A DNA stretch of 64,000 nt from a virus (Duplodnaviria; Heunggongvirae; Uroviricota; Caudoviricetes), in IMG/VR virus record IMGVR_UViG_2974564184_000001, positions 64,977-128,976 of that record, one strand, 5' to 3'. Every line of letters starts with the position of its first letter. The stretch's first letter is position 1. The notes beneath the pieces were generated by a model. It saw only the letters and a program-made list of their open reading frames with translations. It was not told the DNA's origin and did not search any database. Positions 25,123 to 34,045 of the stretch are shown here, piece after piece. The position numbers and the translations under genes are program-made.

Positions 25123-28100
25123 ATGTCCGACATGTCAGTAATCAACTCTTCTACCAGTGACGCTATCGACCAGTTGGTGATCGACTCTGGAAGAATGCAC
25201 AAGGTAATCAACGGAACCGCCGTTGAATCGATCACCGTAGAAGACGGTAGTCTGATTCCTTCCTTGCGTAAGGCTCTGCTGGAAAACCTTTACTACAAGA
25301 CCCCGGTTCTGCCGTGGCAGTCTGGTAGTGTGACGCAGATCTTCAACCAGCTTTATGCGTTCACCGAGCCGACCTCTGGGGCGGTATCTTGGTGGTATGC
25401 ACCGTCTGCTACAGCAACCAACCCGGTGAGCATGGGAGACACTCCTGCGACTGACGCCAACTGGCGTGTAGTTCTGGACTCTGCTACCCTGACAGGTCTG
25501 TATGCGACAATTGACAGCCCTAACTTCACAGGTCTGCCTACTGCACCAACAATGGATGCAGATGATGTGAGTACGTCAATCGCGACAACTGCTTTCGTCA
25601 ATGCACTTATCCAGAAGATCTTAGAAGCCGTGGACGCAACTGCTGTCCAGACTGCGACTTTGGATGTTACTGGTGACGCAAACATCTTCGCACTGACCGC
25701 ACAGAATGCAACTGTGACCGAGAAACTGACCGTACAGGATCTTGAGATTCTTGGTGAAGTTACTGGTATCCAGACTTCTGTTGACGGTGAAGACATTGCT
25801 CCGAAGAGCATCACAACAACTGAGAAACTGGAAGTCGGCGGTGATACATTGCTGCACGGAGCTTTCCAACTTTCCGGTAACACTGTGACGTTGGGTGATG
25901 GTACACTCATCGACCTGACCAACATTGGATCTTCCGGTACACTGGAAACTTCGTTCAACCTCGACCAAGAAGTTGGAAACACGAACTTCATCTGGGATAC
26001 AAACACCCTGAATGCTCCGATCTTCGGATCTTCCGGTAAAGGTATCACAATTGCAAAAGATGCGACCAATGTAACACAGGTTACCTGGCCTGACAACTCC
26101 CAGTCCGCATGGGTTCGTGTCATGACAGACGGGACGTTTGGTGCATGGGGCAATTCAATCGCTTCTGACGTTGAAGCAGTGGCAGGAACATCAACAGATA
26201 AATCTCTGTCTCCAAAGAGCGGTAAGGCTCTGTTAGCCAACTTCGGTATCGGTACTCAGACTGTACAAGTCAAGACTGACCTGAACGACGCGGTAGAAGG
26301 AGAGATCTTCGCATACATGGCAGGAACAACCAACGCTCCATTCGTGGATGTCGGTGGTCGTGGTATCCTGATGCCTTCTTCTACGGGAGAGGCGAGTATG
26401 CTTGTACTGGAGAACACCAACAACCGTTTATTCGTCCGTTATCTAACTGGCGGAGTGTGGGGTGATTGGGTTGAGTTCGAAGGTAAGGAAGGGCCAAAAG
26501 GTGACAACGGCGACCAAGGTCTGCCAGGAGCATCTGCATATGAGGTTTACGTATCCACTGTGCCAGAAGGTGAAGACCCTCTTGAGCCAGAAGAATGGAT
26601 TGCTTCTCTGCAAGGTTCATCCTTCTCTGTAAACCAAACAGGTACAACTGCTGAACGTGCAAACTACGACGCAGAGCCAAAAGGATTCTCATTCCTTGAC
26701 ACCACAACTGGTATGCTGTACATCAAGAACTCTGCGACAAGCGGAGACTGGTCTGATGGTATCCCGTTCAAAGGTGACAAGGGTGACAACGGTACGAATG
26801 GTGCCACTTGGTACACAGGAACCACTGTACCAGCAGCGGGAACTGGCGTCAACAACGACCTTTACTACCTGACCACAACTGGCGATGTCTATAAAAAGAC
26901 TTCCGGCGCGTGGGCCATTGTAGGGAACATCAAGGGCGGCAAGGGTGACGATGGTGACCCGGGCGCTGACGGTGCAACTTGGTTCGAAGGATCAACCGTT
27001 CCAGCGGCTGCTCTTGGTAAGAATACTGACCTTTATCTGCACAATGTAACCAACGACGTTTACGTCAAGGCCGCAGGCGCATGGACTGTTCAGACGAATA
27101 TCAAGGGAACCAAAGGTGACGATGGTGAGCAAGGAAGTGTTTGGATTTGGGGTGCTACACCACCAGCCGACACAGTAGGCCGTGACGGTGACTACTTCTT
27201 GGTTGTACCTGTCCCTCCAACTGACTCCTCAAACGGAGACGTGTATAACAAGGCTTCTGGCACTTGGACATACATCGGTAATATCCGTGGAGCAGATGGT
27301 GATGGTTCTGGCACTGGCAGTGACGGAGCGAAGTGGTTCAATGGTACAGGTGTTCCGGTTGCATCTCTCGGTGCGGACGGTGACTACTACCTGAGAACAA
27401 CGACTGTCAGCACTACTGCCGGGAACGGTGATGTGTACGTGAAAGCATCAGGTGCTTGGTCTGTGACTGGGAACATCAAAGGTGCAGACGGCACTGGGTC
27501 AAGCTACACCCTCCCGGTTGCAACTGCAACTGTTCTTGGTGGTGTGAAGATCGGTTCTGGTGTGAGTGTTGCTGCTGACGGAACAATCTCTGTTTCTGGA
27601 AGCGGTGGCGGTGGCACGATTTGGCTGAACGGAACTTCTGACCCAGCCACAGGAACTGGTGTGGTAGGAAACTACTACAACAACACAGCTACGGGCGTAG
27701 TCTTTTACAAGACCGCGACCACAACCTGGACACAAATCGGTGTTATGCTTCCGTTAGCAACATCCGACCAGGCGAAAGCTGCAACCAGCAACTTGGTTCT
27801 GTCAACCCCAGCCCGTGTTCGTGAATACATGGAGGCTCATGGCTTCACTGCATCATACACCACAACCGCTACAAACCTGAACACCGTTGTTACAGGTGAT
27901 ATGTTCAACTATGACAACACGACCACTAACACACCAGTGGCGAGTTCTTATGGACGCGGTATCGTGTTCCCGTCTGGTACTGGATATGTAACCCAACTTG
28001 CCATTGAGAACGACTCAGCCAAGCTGTATGTGCGTTATCAATCAAACGGCACATGGTCTGCATGGACAGCAATCGGCGGTGGTAGTGGCTCAGTTACCTT

Positions 28101-29016
28101 TGCGACAACAGCAGAGGCACAAGCAGCGACTTCCACCACAGTGGCGATGTCACCAGCGCGTGTTCGTGAACAATTCGAGCCTTTAGGTTTCGGTTCCACA
28201 TACACAAACGAAGTGGCTAACCTGAACACCCTGACAAAGGGTCAGTTCTTCAACTGGGGATCTACCTCCACTAACACACCAGTGGCGAGTTCCTACGGAC
28301 GAGGGATCATGATTCCAGCAGGAGTAGGATACGCTACTCAGTTGGGTATTGTCAACGACTCTGGGGCGACCTATGTTCGTTACAATAACAACGGGACATG
28401 GACAGCGTGGGTCGCTGTAGGCGGTTCTGGGGGTACTGCGGCGGTTATGAAGCCTTCCGGTACAGGACACGCAGCAGGTCTGGCACCTGACCCAGGCGCT
28501 ACAGCAGGGACAACTAAGTTCTTGCGTGAGGATGCAACATGGGCGGTTCCAGCGGGTGGTTCTGGGGGAGGGTCAACGACCTTTGGATCTGCACTTATGG
28601 CAGACCTTGCCTTGACAGCAGGGGGGAAGGTAACTTCTTCCTTCGTCACCTCGGGTGTGGCAATTGACCCAACCAAGATCTACAAGTTCTCGGCTGTACT
28701 GCTTCTAAGAACCGGAGCAGGAAACACAGTTGACATTAACCTGTCAGATGTTGGGCCGGATATGTTCGGTATGTCAATTCAGTACCTGAACGACTCAGGT
28801 GCTGCTGCAATGGCAAGATCTGAGCAGGCGACCCTTGCGGTCACCATGACACTCCCTGCGGATGTTTCGGTGGTCTTACTGGACGGTACGATGCACTCTT
28901 CTTACTTCGGTACAAATGGGCCACAAGTCCAACTTGCAACAGGAAGTAGCGGATGGGGCGCTCTGCTGAAAGGGTCTTGCTGGACAATGACACCAGTTGG
29001 AACTTATCCAACATAA
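25123..29016 (+). CDS. Long modular tail fibre (1297 aa)
   Basis: Spike-type N-terminal anchor; collagen-like Gly-X-Y runs; about five W-x-x-G..P....G...D.Y...GDVY....G.W...GNI.G modules; duplicated knob-like domains. Confidence 0.85.
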   Translation: MSDMSVINSSTSDAIDQLVIDSGRMHKVINGTAVESITVEDGSLIPSLRKALLENLYYKTPVLPWQSGSVTQIFNQLYAFTEPTSGAVSWWYAPSATATNPVSMGDTPATDANWRVVLDSATLTGLYATIDSPNFTGLPTAPTMDADDVSTSIATTAFVNALIQKILEAVDATAVQTATLDVTGDANIFALTAQNATVTEKLTVQDLEILGEVTGIQTSVDGEDIAPKSITTTEKLEVGGDTLLHGAFQLSGNTVTLGDGTLIDLTNIGSSGTLETSFNLDQEVGNTNFIWDTNTLNAPIFGSSGKGITIAKDATNVTQVTWPDNSQSAWVRVMTDGTFGAWGNSIASDVEAVAGTSTDKSLSPKSGKALLANFGIGTQTVQVKTDLNDAVEGEIFAYMAGTTNAPFVDVGGRGILMPSSTGEASMLVLENTNNRLFVRYLTGGVWGDWVEFEGKEGPKGDNGDQGLPGASAYEVYVSTVPEGEDPLEPEEWIASLQGSSFSVNQTGTTAERANYDAEPKGFSFLDTTTGMLYIKNSATSGDWSDGIPFKGDKGDNGTNGATWYTGTTVPAAGTGVNNDLYYLTTTGDVYKKTSGAWAIVGNIKGGKGDDGDPGADGATWFEGSTVPAAALGKNTDLYLHNVTNDVYVKAAGAWTVQTNIKGTKGDDGEQGSVWIWGATPPADTVGRDGDYFLVVPVPPTDSSNGDVYNKASGTWTYIGNIRGADGDGSGTGSDGAKWFNGTGVPVASLGADGDYYLRTTTVSTTAGNGDVYVKASGAWSVTGNIKGADGTGSSYTLPVATATVLGGVKIGSGVSVAADGTISVSGSGGGGTIWLNGTSDPATGTGVVGNYYNNTATGVVFYKTATTTWTQIGVMLPLATSDQAKAATSNLVLSTPARVREYMEAHGFTASYTTTATNLNTVVTGDMFNYDNTTTNTPVASSYGRGIVFPSGTGYVTQLAIENDSAKLYVRYQSNGTWSAWTAIGGGSGSVTFATTAEAQAATSTTVAMSPARVREQFEPLGFGSTYTNEVANLNTLTKGQFFNWGSTSTNTPVASSYGRGIMIPAGVGYATQLGIVNDSGATYVRYNNNGTWTAWVAVGGSGGTAAVMKPSGTGHAAGLAPDPGATAGTTKFLREDATWAVPAGGSGGGSTTFGSALMADLALTAGGKVTSSFVTSGVAIDPTKIYKFSAVLLLRTGAGNTVDINLSDVGPDMFGMSIQYLNDSGAAAMARSEQATLAVTMTLPADVSVVLLDGTMHSSYFGTNGPQVQLATGSSGWGALLKGSCWTMTPVGTYPT
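27760..28425 (+). repeat. Tandem duplication of a ~115 aa knob module in the tail fibre
   Basis: PARVRE...NLNT...TNTPVASSYGRG...TQL...YVRY..NGTW occurs twice; near-identical DNA CCACTAACACACCAGTGGCGAGTTC at ~27922 and ~28269. Confidence 0.85.
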
Positions 29017-29017
29017 T

Positions 29018-29042
29018 AAAAAGGGGGCTTCGGCCCCTTTTT
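29018..29042 (+). terminator. Rho-independent terminator
   Basis: AGGGGGC-TTCG-GCCCCTT plus T-run. Confidence 0.85.
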
Positions 29043-29067
29043 CAATTTAAAAAAAAAAGGAAATGAA

Positions 29068-29607
29068 ATGCTACCATCCTATTCTGTAGATGTGCAAGAT
29101 GCGGCTCCTCGCTTGGTGACCTTACCAGACGGGACAGTTATCGACCTGACAGCTCAACAGCCAGCAGGACAAGGGCCATCACGTTTGAGTGTATTGCTCG
29201 GAAAGATTATGACCCAAATTACAGAACAACAGAAGCAGATCAACGCTCAAAATGTCCTGATTGAGGGTATGCAGACTAAATTGGAAGCCATCGAACTCGC
29301 TCTGCATTCTGATGGTGAAGACGCTGACTACGCCGCTCAAGTGACGGTTATCAAGAACTATCTTGCGACCCGTGTTGTTGATCGATTGAACACTCTTGAA
29401 CAAAGTATGTTCCGCGTTGCAGCAGGAAGCACAAAGCAGACCACCTTGATTGACTACGCGATGAAGCGTGTTGATATGGGAGACTACATGGGCTTCTTCA
29501 AGCCTCAGCTTGATGCTCTCGATACTGTAGCACCTAAGTACGAAGACTACCAAGGAACTGGAACCCCGGTAGAGCGTACAGAAGCAGACAAACTTATCAC
29601 TGGATGA
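29068..29607 (+). CDS. Coiled-coil protein, possible fibre-associated (179 aa)
   Basis: Heptad-rich; shares VTLxDGTxIDLT with the long fibre. Confidence 0.65.
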   Translation: MLPSYSVDVQDAAPRLVTLPDGTVIDLTAQQPAGQGPSRLSVLLGKIMTQITEQQKQINAQNVLIEGMQTKLEAIELALHSDGEDADYAAQVTVIKNYLATRVVDRLNTLEQSMFRVAAGSTKQTTLIDYAMKRVDMGDYMGFFKPQLDALDTVAPKYEDYQGTGTPVERTEADKLITG

Positions 29608-29614
29608 TACAAAC

Positions 29615-29649
29615 AAAAAAGGCACCCCGAAGGGTGCCTTTTTCTTTTT
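29615..29649. terminator. Bidirectional terminator at convergent strand switch
   Basis: A6-GGCACCC-CGAA-GGGTGCC-T-run between + and - modules. Confidence 0.9.
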
Positions 29650-29654
29650 CCGTC

Positions 29655-30824
29655 TTAGAACGGAATGTCATCATCGAAGTCCATCGGAGGATCGAAGTCT
29701 TCAACACTTGGCGCTGCACTTTGAGGTGCATTGCTCAGAGGCTCTGGGACGCTCTGTGGAGCGCTTTGAGGCTCTTGTGCTGTAACACCAGCAATATGCT
29801 CACGCAGGGTCGCTGCGAGTGCAATGGCTTCGCGTGTGGCCGCTTCCAGCTCATCTACGGACAGAGTTTTGCCTTTGACAGCAATACCAGTCGCTGCGAA
29901 CTTGACTGCGTTACCAACTGACATTCCTTCATCCTTGCCAGAGGCATCGGAGAATTCTTTAATCAGACGAGTAGTCACATCATGTGCAACCTTACCTGCT
30001 TCTACCAGGTCACCCTTGAATCCCGCCAGGCGAAGATTGGAAAGTACGTTCAGTGCATGTCCGGTGGACACACCTACCGCGTCATACTTACCTTTACCTT
30101 TGCTACCGTTGGAGCCAGAGTTCTGACCTACCGGGCCATACGCTTTGAAGCCAGAGGTGATTACACCAGTCTCTTTCACAATGAAAGCCGTCAGACGACC
30201 ACCCACTGCTACTTGACCCAGTTGCTCATCACTCAGAACCACATCGCCAGCGCCCAGCTTTTCATCAGCCACAGTTGCAGTGTTGCCATTGATTGCTGTG
30301 ATTTCACCGTAGATCTTCACAGAACCGCCTGCCGGAGCAGAAGCATTACCAGCGGCTGGAGCACGAGGAGCGGGAGCGCCTGCCTTGCTCTCATCCAGAA
30401 TGTTGAACACCTTGCCGCTCAGAGTTCCGTTCACGTAGGTTTTATCCCCGGTCTTGGAAACTTTCAGAGGGAAAGACGCAACCATACCTGGAAGAATGTC
30501 TTTGTATCCCGCGTCGAACTTAACCTGAACCTTATCAGCATGGCTCGGGTGCAGTTTCTTTTCGCCCATGCCGATCCACTCACCCTGACCCGCTGGGTCG
30601 ATCACGTTGTTATCCGCGTCAACATCCTGCATCAGGAAGCTAATGGTGTGGGTTGCTTCGATAACCTTTGCAGGTTGACCGTTTTTCGCAGGGATGTGAG
30701 TACGTTTAACCCCATCAGCATCCGCACCTTTCACTGGCTTGATGTTGATGAACTTGATGCTGCCTTTAGCGAAGTTGTTCACTTTGCCGGACATAGGGTC
30801 TTTGTATTCGTTAATTACGCTCAT
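29655..30824 (-). CDS. ssb: Single-stranded DNA-binding protein
   Basis: Acidic C-terminal tip FDPPMDFDDDIPF after a Pro/Ala/Gln linker; beta-rich N-terminal domains. Confidence 0.75.
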   Translation of the reverse strand: MSVINEYKDPMSGKVNNFAKGSIKFINIKPVKGADADGVKRTHIPAKNGQPAKVIEATHTISFLMQDVDADNNVIDPAGQGEWIGMGEKKLHPSHADKVQVKFDAGYKDILPGMVASFPLKVSKTGDKTYVNGTLSGKVFNILDESKAGAPAPRAPAAGNASAPAGGSVKIYGEITAINGNTATVADEKLGAGDVVLSDEQLGQVAVGGRLTAFIVKETGVITSGFKAYGPVGQNSGSNGSKGKGKYDAVGVSTGHALNVLSNLRLAGFKGDLVEAGKVAHDVTTRLIKEFSDASGKDEGMSVGNAVKFAATGIAVKGKTLSVDELEAATREAIALAATLREHIAGVTAQEPQSAPQSVPEPLSNAPQSAAPSVEDFDPPMDFDDDIPF

Positions 30825-31175
30825 TTACTCTCCCGAGTTTTCATTTTGATTGTTATCGGCATCCGCCGTGGAATTTGGTGCAGTCAGCTCTGCAACCAGT
30901 GCATCATCTACCTGAGCCAGAAGATTCTGGGACACCAGCACACCGTGCAGGATATTCAGGAGGTGATTGCGTTGGGAGCGCACCCAAGCCAGGTTGTCGG
31001 CTGTGGTTTTGCTTCCGTGATCCTCAATGCTCTTCAACATTAAGGCTTTCATATCCTCACCTTCAACCAGTTGCTGTAACTGGCGTGACAGACTGGTGAG
31101 TGACATAATCATGCCGAACTGACCAGGGGTTAAACCGAGGTACATATCGACAGTTTGTTCTGCTTGAGCAGTCAT
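30825..31175 (-). CDS. Hypothetical protein (116 aa)
   Basis: ORF with SD AAGGAGAG, abuts ssb. Confidence 0.7.
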   Translation of the reverse strand: MTAQAEQTVDMYLGLTPGQFGMIMSLTSLSRQLQQLVEGEDMKALMLKSIEDHGSKTTADNLAWVRSQRNHLLNILHGVLVSQNLLAQVDDALVAELTAPNSTADADNNQNENSGE

Positions 31176-31206
31176 TCGTTTCTCTCCTTTTCACAGCGAA
31201 GGGATA

Positions 31207-31235
31207 ATCTTACACCCTCCGCTGTGGTATGTCAA
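31207..31235 (-). promoter_or_regulatory. Sigma70-type promoter embedded in an inverted repeat
   Basis: TTGACA-N17-TAAGAT on minus strand; inverted repeat CACAGCGAAGGG...CCCTCCGCTGTG at 31192-31226. Confidence 0.75.
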
Positions 31236-31239
31236 GCGG

Positions 31240-31455
31240 TTATTTGGCTTTCTTTTTGAACCAACCGCGTACCTGATCCACACCAGCAGCGATGCCAGCA
31301 ATCCCGAAAAGGCTACCGAAGAAACCGATGATCAGGAGCAACAGCAGTGCGATGCCCCAATACAAAGGTAACAGAACCAACCACCAAGACCATGCAATCA
31401 CTCCGCAGAGTTTCAGGATGATAAAGGCCAGGCCCAAAGCGGCGAAGAATTTCAT
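31240..31455 (-). CDS. Small membrane protein (71 aa)
   Basis: LFIILKLCGVIAWSWWLVLLPLYW pattern. Confidence 0.7.
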   Translation of the reverse strand: MKFFAALGLAFIILKLCGVIAWSWWLVLLPLYWGIALLLLLIIGFFGSLFGIAGIAAGVDQVRGWFKKKAK

Positions 31456-31637
31456 TTCTTTCCTCCAGTTTGTTTGTGCATATACCCATGAGCAGCATTA
31501 CCACTGCCCGAGGGTGCTGATAATTGTCTTTTAGCGGCATCTTTGATGCCACATTCAGGACAATCTACTTCTTTCACCTCATCGTACACGAGTTGTTCTT
31601 GGACTAAGCCGCAAACCTCGCATTTGAAGTCTCGCAT
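31452..31637 (-). CDS. FmdB-like zinc-ribbon protein (61 aa)
   Basis: MRDFKCEVCG...CPECG...KRQLSAP; likely start 31637. Confidence 0.7.
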   Translation of the reverse strand: MRDFKCEVCGLVQEQLVYDEVKEVDCPECGIKDAAKRQLSAPSGSGNAAHGYMHKQTGGKK

Positions 31638-31642
31638 CTTTC

Positions 31643-32113
31643 TCAATCGCAAGAACCCCCACCACCGCCCGAATCGCATGAGCTACTCGAACTGGAACCA
31701 GAATCGCCGCCCCACGAGGCTGCGGAGGTTGCTGCCCAGAAACCTACATCTGATGAGCTATCATCTCGACGAGAATTACTGGAAGACCGTGACGGCGAAC
31801 TCGAACGACGCACCGGAGGTGGCGGTGGTGGAGGAGTTACAGGACGAGCACGTCTTGATTCTTCTGGCGTTGGCACACGCACACCACGAGTGTTGAACTT
31901 AGCTGGCCCGGGAGCAGCAGCACGGTCTGGGGTCGTAAAGCCACGTTGTTCCTGAACCATCTGATCGACAGCCTGCACCATAGCGCTGTCTTGACGACGT
32001 TTCTCTGCTACACGTTGTGCAGCTTCGGTTACGATCTTGTCAGCTTTTTCTTGGGTGAGGATGTATTTCTCCTCCTTCACCAAGCCTAAGATCTTCGCCA
32101 GCCATTTAAGCAT
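31643..32113 (-). CDS. Hypothetical protein with Ser/Gly/Asp low-complexity tail
   Basis: Likely start MLKWL at 32113; ends SSSSSSCDSGGGGGSCD. Confidence 0.7.
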   Translation of the reverse strand: MLKWLAKILGLVKEEKYILTQEKADKIVTEAAQRVAEKRRQDSAMVQAVDQMVQEQRGFTTPDRAAAPGPAKFNTRGVRVPTPEESRRARPVTPPPPPPPVRRSSSPSRSSSNSRRDDSSSDVGFWAATSAASWGGDSGSSSSSSCDSGGGGGSCD

Positions 32114-32495
32114 TGTTCTCTCCTTCAAGGGTTGAAACGAGTTGTGGTTTGTTATGCTCCACAGGTTTTGGCAACGGAATCTCGATGTTGCCTTTCTGGT
32201 TCACTGGGACTAACCCAACGAACGGTCGGAAGCAGCGCTCTTTCTCAAAGTCGAACACGTAGAACGCTTTGACGGCTGCGGGTTTTGAACAGGTAGTATA
32301 ATGATTTTGGTAGTCATTATAACCCGACCAAGATGCTAATCCACCTGGGATAAGGCCAATCACCAAGCCGATCAGAGCGTATTTGATACGACGACCCGGC
32401 ATATCATGACAAAACATGAAGATGATCATCAGAATCCACACCAGCGCCAGCACCCAGTTGTTGTGGATAATAAACCAATTGAAAAATGAAAGCAT
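32106..32495 (-). CDS. Two-TM membrane protein (129 aa)
   Basis: Two hydrophobic helices followed by a C...C domain. Confidence 0.65.
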   Translation of the reverse strand: MLSFFNWFIIHNNWVLALVWILMIIFMFCHDMPGRRIKYALIGLVIGLIPGGLASWSGYNDYQNHYTTCSKPAAVKAFYVFDFEKERCFRPFVGLVPVNQKGNIEIPLPKPVEHNKPQLVSTLEGENNA

Positions 32496-32689
32496 TATCT
32501 TCTCCTCGAAGTAGATTCATCAATTGCTGCTGCGGCACCAGTACCGCACATTACAGCGACGAAAACGCCAAAACCAATCAGCCATCCGAATGGTGCCGTG
32601 CCAAATTGCATCCCGCCACAGAATGCCACTGCTACGACACAACCCATAATGAAGCAGAAGGTGATCATAAAAGATACGAGTAGTTTCAT
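32495..32689 (-). CDS. Small two-TM membrane protein (64 aa)
   Basis: AFCGGMQFGTAPFG turn between hydrophobic helices. Confidence 0.65.
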   Translation of the reverse strand: MKLLVSFMITFCFIMGCVVAVAFCGGMQFGTAPFGWLIGFGVFVAVMCGTGAAAAIDESTSRRR

Positions 32690-32902
32690 TTATAAGTCCC
32701 CCCCGTTCAGGAGGATGCCCAGCACAAGTATACCAGAGATCATCCCACCTGTAATTACCGAATTAGCCATGTAGTGTCCGAAAGCCGGGGTTCCGAACAC
32801 AACACCACCAGAGAATGCAATTCCAACACCAATAGCGATAGCCAAAACAAAGATGACCAGCACCATCACAAACACTCCTAACAATCTTTTTGCATTCCTC
32901 AT
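32690..32902 (-). CDS. Small two-TM membrane protein (70 aa), paralogue of previous
   Basis: Likely start MRNAK at 32902; AFSGGVVFGTPAFG. Confidence 0.65.
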   Translation of the reverse strand: MRNAKRLLGVFVMVLVIFVLAIAIGVGIAFSGGVVFGTPAFGHYMANSVITGGMISGILVLGILLNGGDL

Positions 32903-33609
32903 TTGCTTTTCTCCAGTTTGCGCCACTGATAGGCACCGAAGATAGAGTTTAACAGGAACGCTACCCACATTGCCAGCAGTGCCCAGCCCTGAGTCTCATG
33001 GTGGAGAGCGGTCTGAATCCACAAGGTGACAGCCACAACGTTGACAACAATCCAGACGTACCATTGTTCAGCGTATCGCTTCATCATCAAGTACGTAGCC
33101 AAGATTGAGAGGATTGCTGTCGCAGAATCCAGCCCCGGAGCCGCCCCTTTCAGTAATGAAACGAACTCAGCGTACAAAGCAATCGCAATCAAAGTCCCAA
33201 CACCAAGCGCCCAGCGCTGTTTTGTGGTCAGGTACTTCTTAATTACTTCTGCACGGTCACCTTTCACTTCGAGTTGTCTTGCCCAGATGACCCCACCAAT
33301 TACCTGCATCGGGGTAAACAGGATGGTGTACATGATTGCTTCGCCGTAGAGCTGGTATTTGTATGCCACATAAGCGTACAGAACCGTTGCCACAAACCCC
33401 CAGTAGTAACTGGACAGTCGGCCTTTTGCCACCAATATCGCACCGATGATTCCGGTAACAGAGGAGACGAACTCAATCACCCCGCCGCCCATGATAACTG
33501 ATGTCAGAGCGATAGCCGCAGAACAGATGAATAGCCAAAGGTATTCCATCGTGCTCCAACCGTAAAAGTCGGTTACTGCTGTCTTAATGTACAGCTTTGT
33601 GTTGGTCAT
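32899..33609 (-). CDS. pnuC: Nicotinamide riboside transporter
   Basis: Multi-TM; LVAKGRLSSYYWG, LDSATAILSILATYLMMKRYAEQWYVWIVVN; near nadR. Confidence 0.9.
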   Translation of the reverse strand: MTNTKLYIKTAVTDFYGWSTMEYLWLFICSAAIALTSVIMGGGVIEFVSSVTGIIGAILVAKGRLSSYYWGFVATVLYAYVAYKYQLYGEAIMYTILFTPMQVIGGVIWARQLEVKGDRAEVIKKYLTTKQRWALGVGTLIAIALYAEFVSLLKGAAPGLDSATAILSILATYLMMKRYAEQWYVWIVVNVVAVTLWIQTALHHETQGWALLAMWVAFLLNSIFGAYQWRKLEKSK

Positions 33610-33619
33610 TGAAGTTCTC

Positions 33620-34045
33620 CTATTTAGGAATGCGGTTGAAAATTTCTTGGCTCAGAATCTGTAGCCAGGTGCCGATCATAACACCCTCGTATTCGTCAGT
33701 CAAGTCAGAAAATGTTTCTTCTGGGCCTGATGTTTGTTCAACGAGTAACCAGTTGATCGCGTTCACGATATGTTCATTAGACATATGAGTAACACGGATA
33801 CTCAGACCGTCCTGGGTTTTCCATACGGCGATCTTTCCCTTGCCGTTTTCCTCCAGGTGATTGATGCCCTTCTCTGTAATCATGAACCCACCACAACTAC
33901 ATCCGCAGTATTTAATGAACTGTTCACGAAGAAGGGCATCAATCATCCCTTGTGCTCGTTCTTTACCGATGATGTCTTCTACATCGGCTACGAATGTCCA
34001 CTCCCCAAGATGTTTGAGGAGCATCCCCAGGACTTCTTTCATCAT
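33620..34045 (-). CDS. Hypothetical protein (141 aa)
   Basis: ORF between nadR and pnuC; W.TQDG....VTHMSNEHIVNAI motif. Confidence 0.65.
   Translation of the reverse strand: MMKEVLGMLLKHLGEWTFVADVEDIIGKERAQGMIDALLREQFIKYCGCSCGGFMITEKGINHLEENGKGKIAVWKTQDGLSIRVTHMSNEHIVNAINWLLVEQTSGPEETFSDLTDEYEGVMIGTWLQILSQEIFNRIPK

Noticed and set aside
25353-26240. 295 aa minus-strand ORF
   Set aside because: Antisense shadow of the tail fibre
26480-27500. Diversity-generating retroelement or invertible fibre cassette
   Set aside because: No reverse transcriptase, invertase or adenine-biased template/variable pair; repeats are protein-level modules
29982-31043. 353 aa plus-strand ORF
   Set aside because: Antisense to ssb and its neighbour; implausible composition
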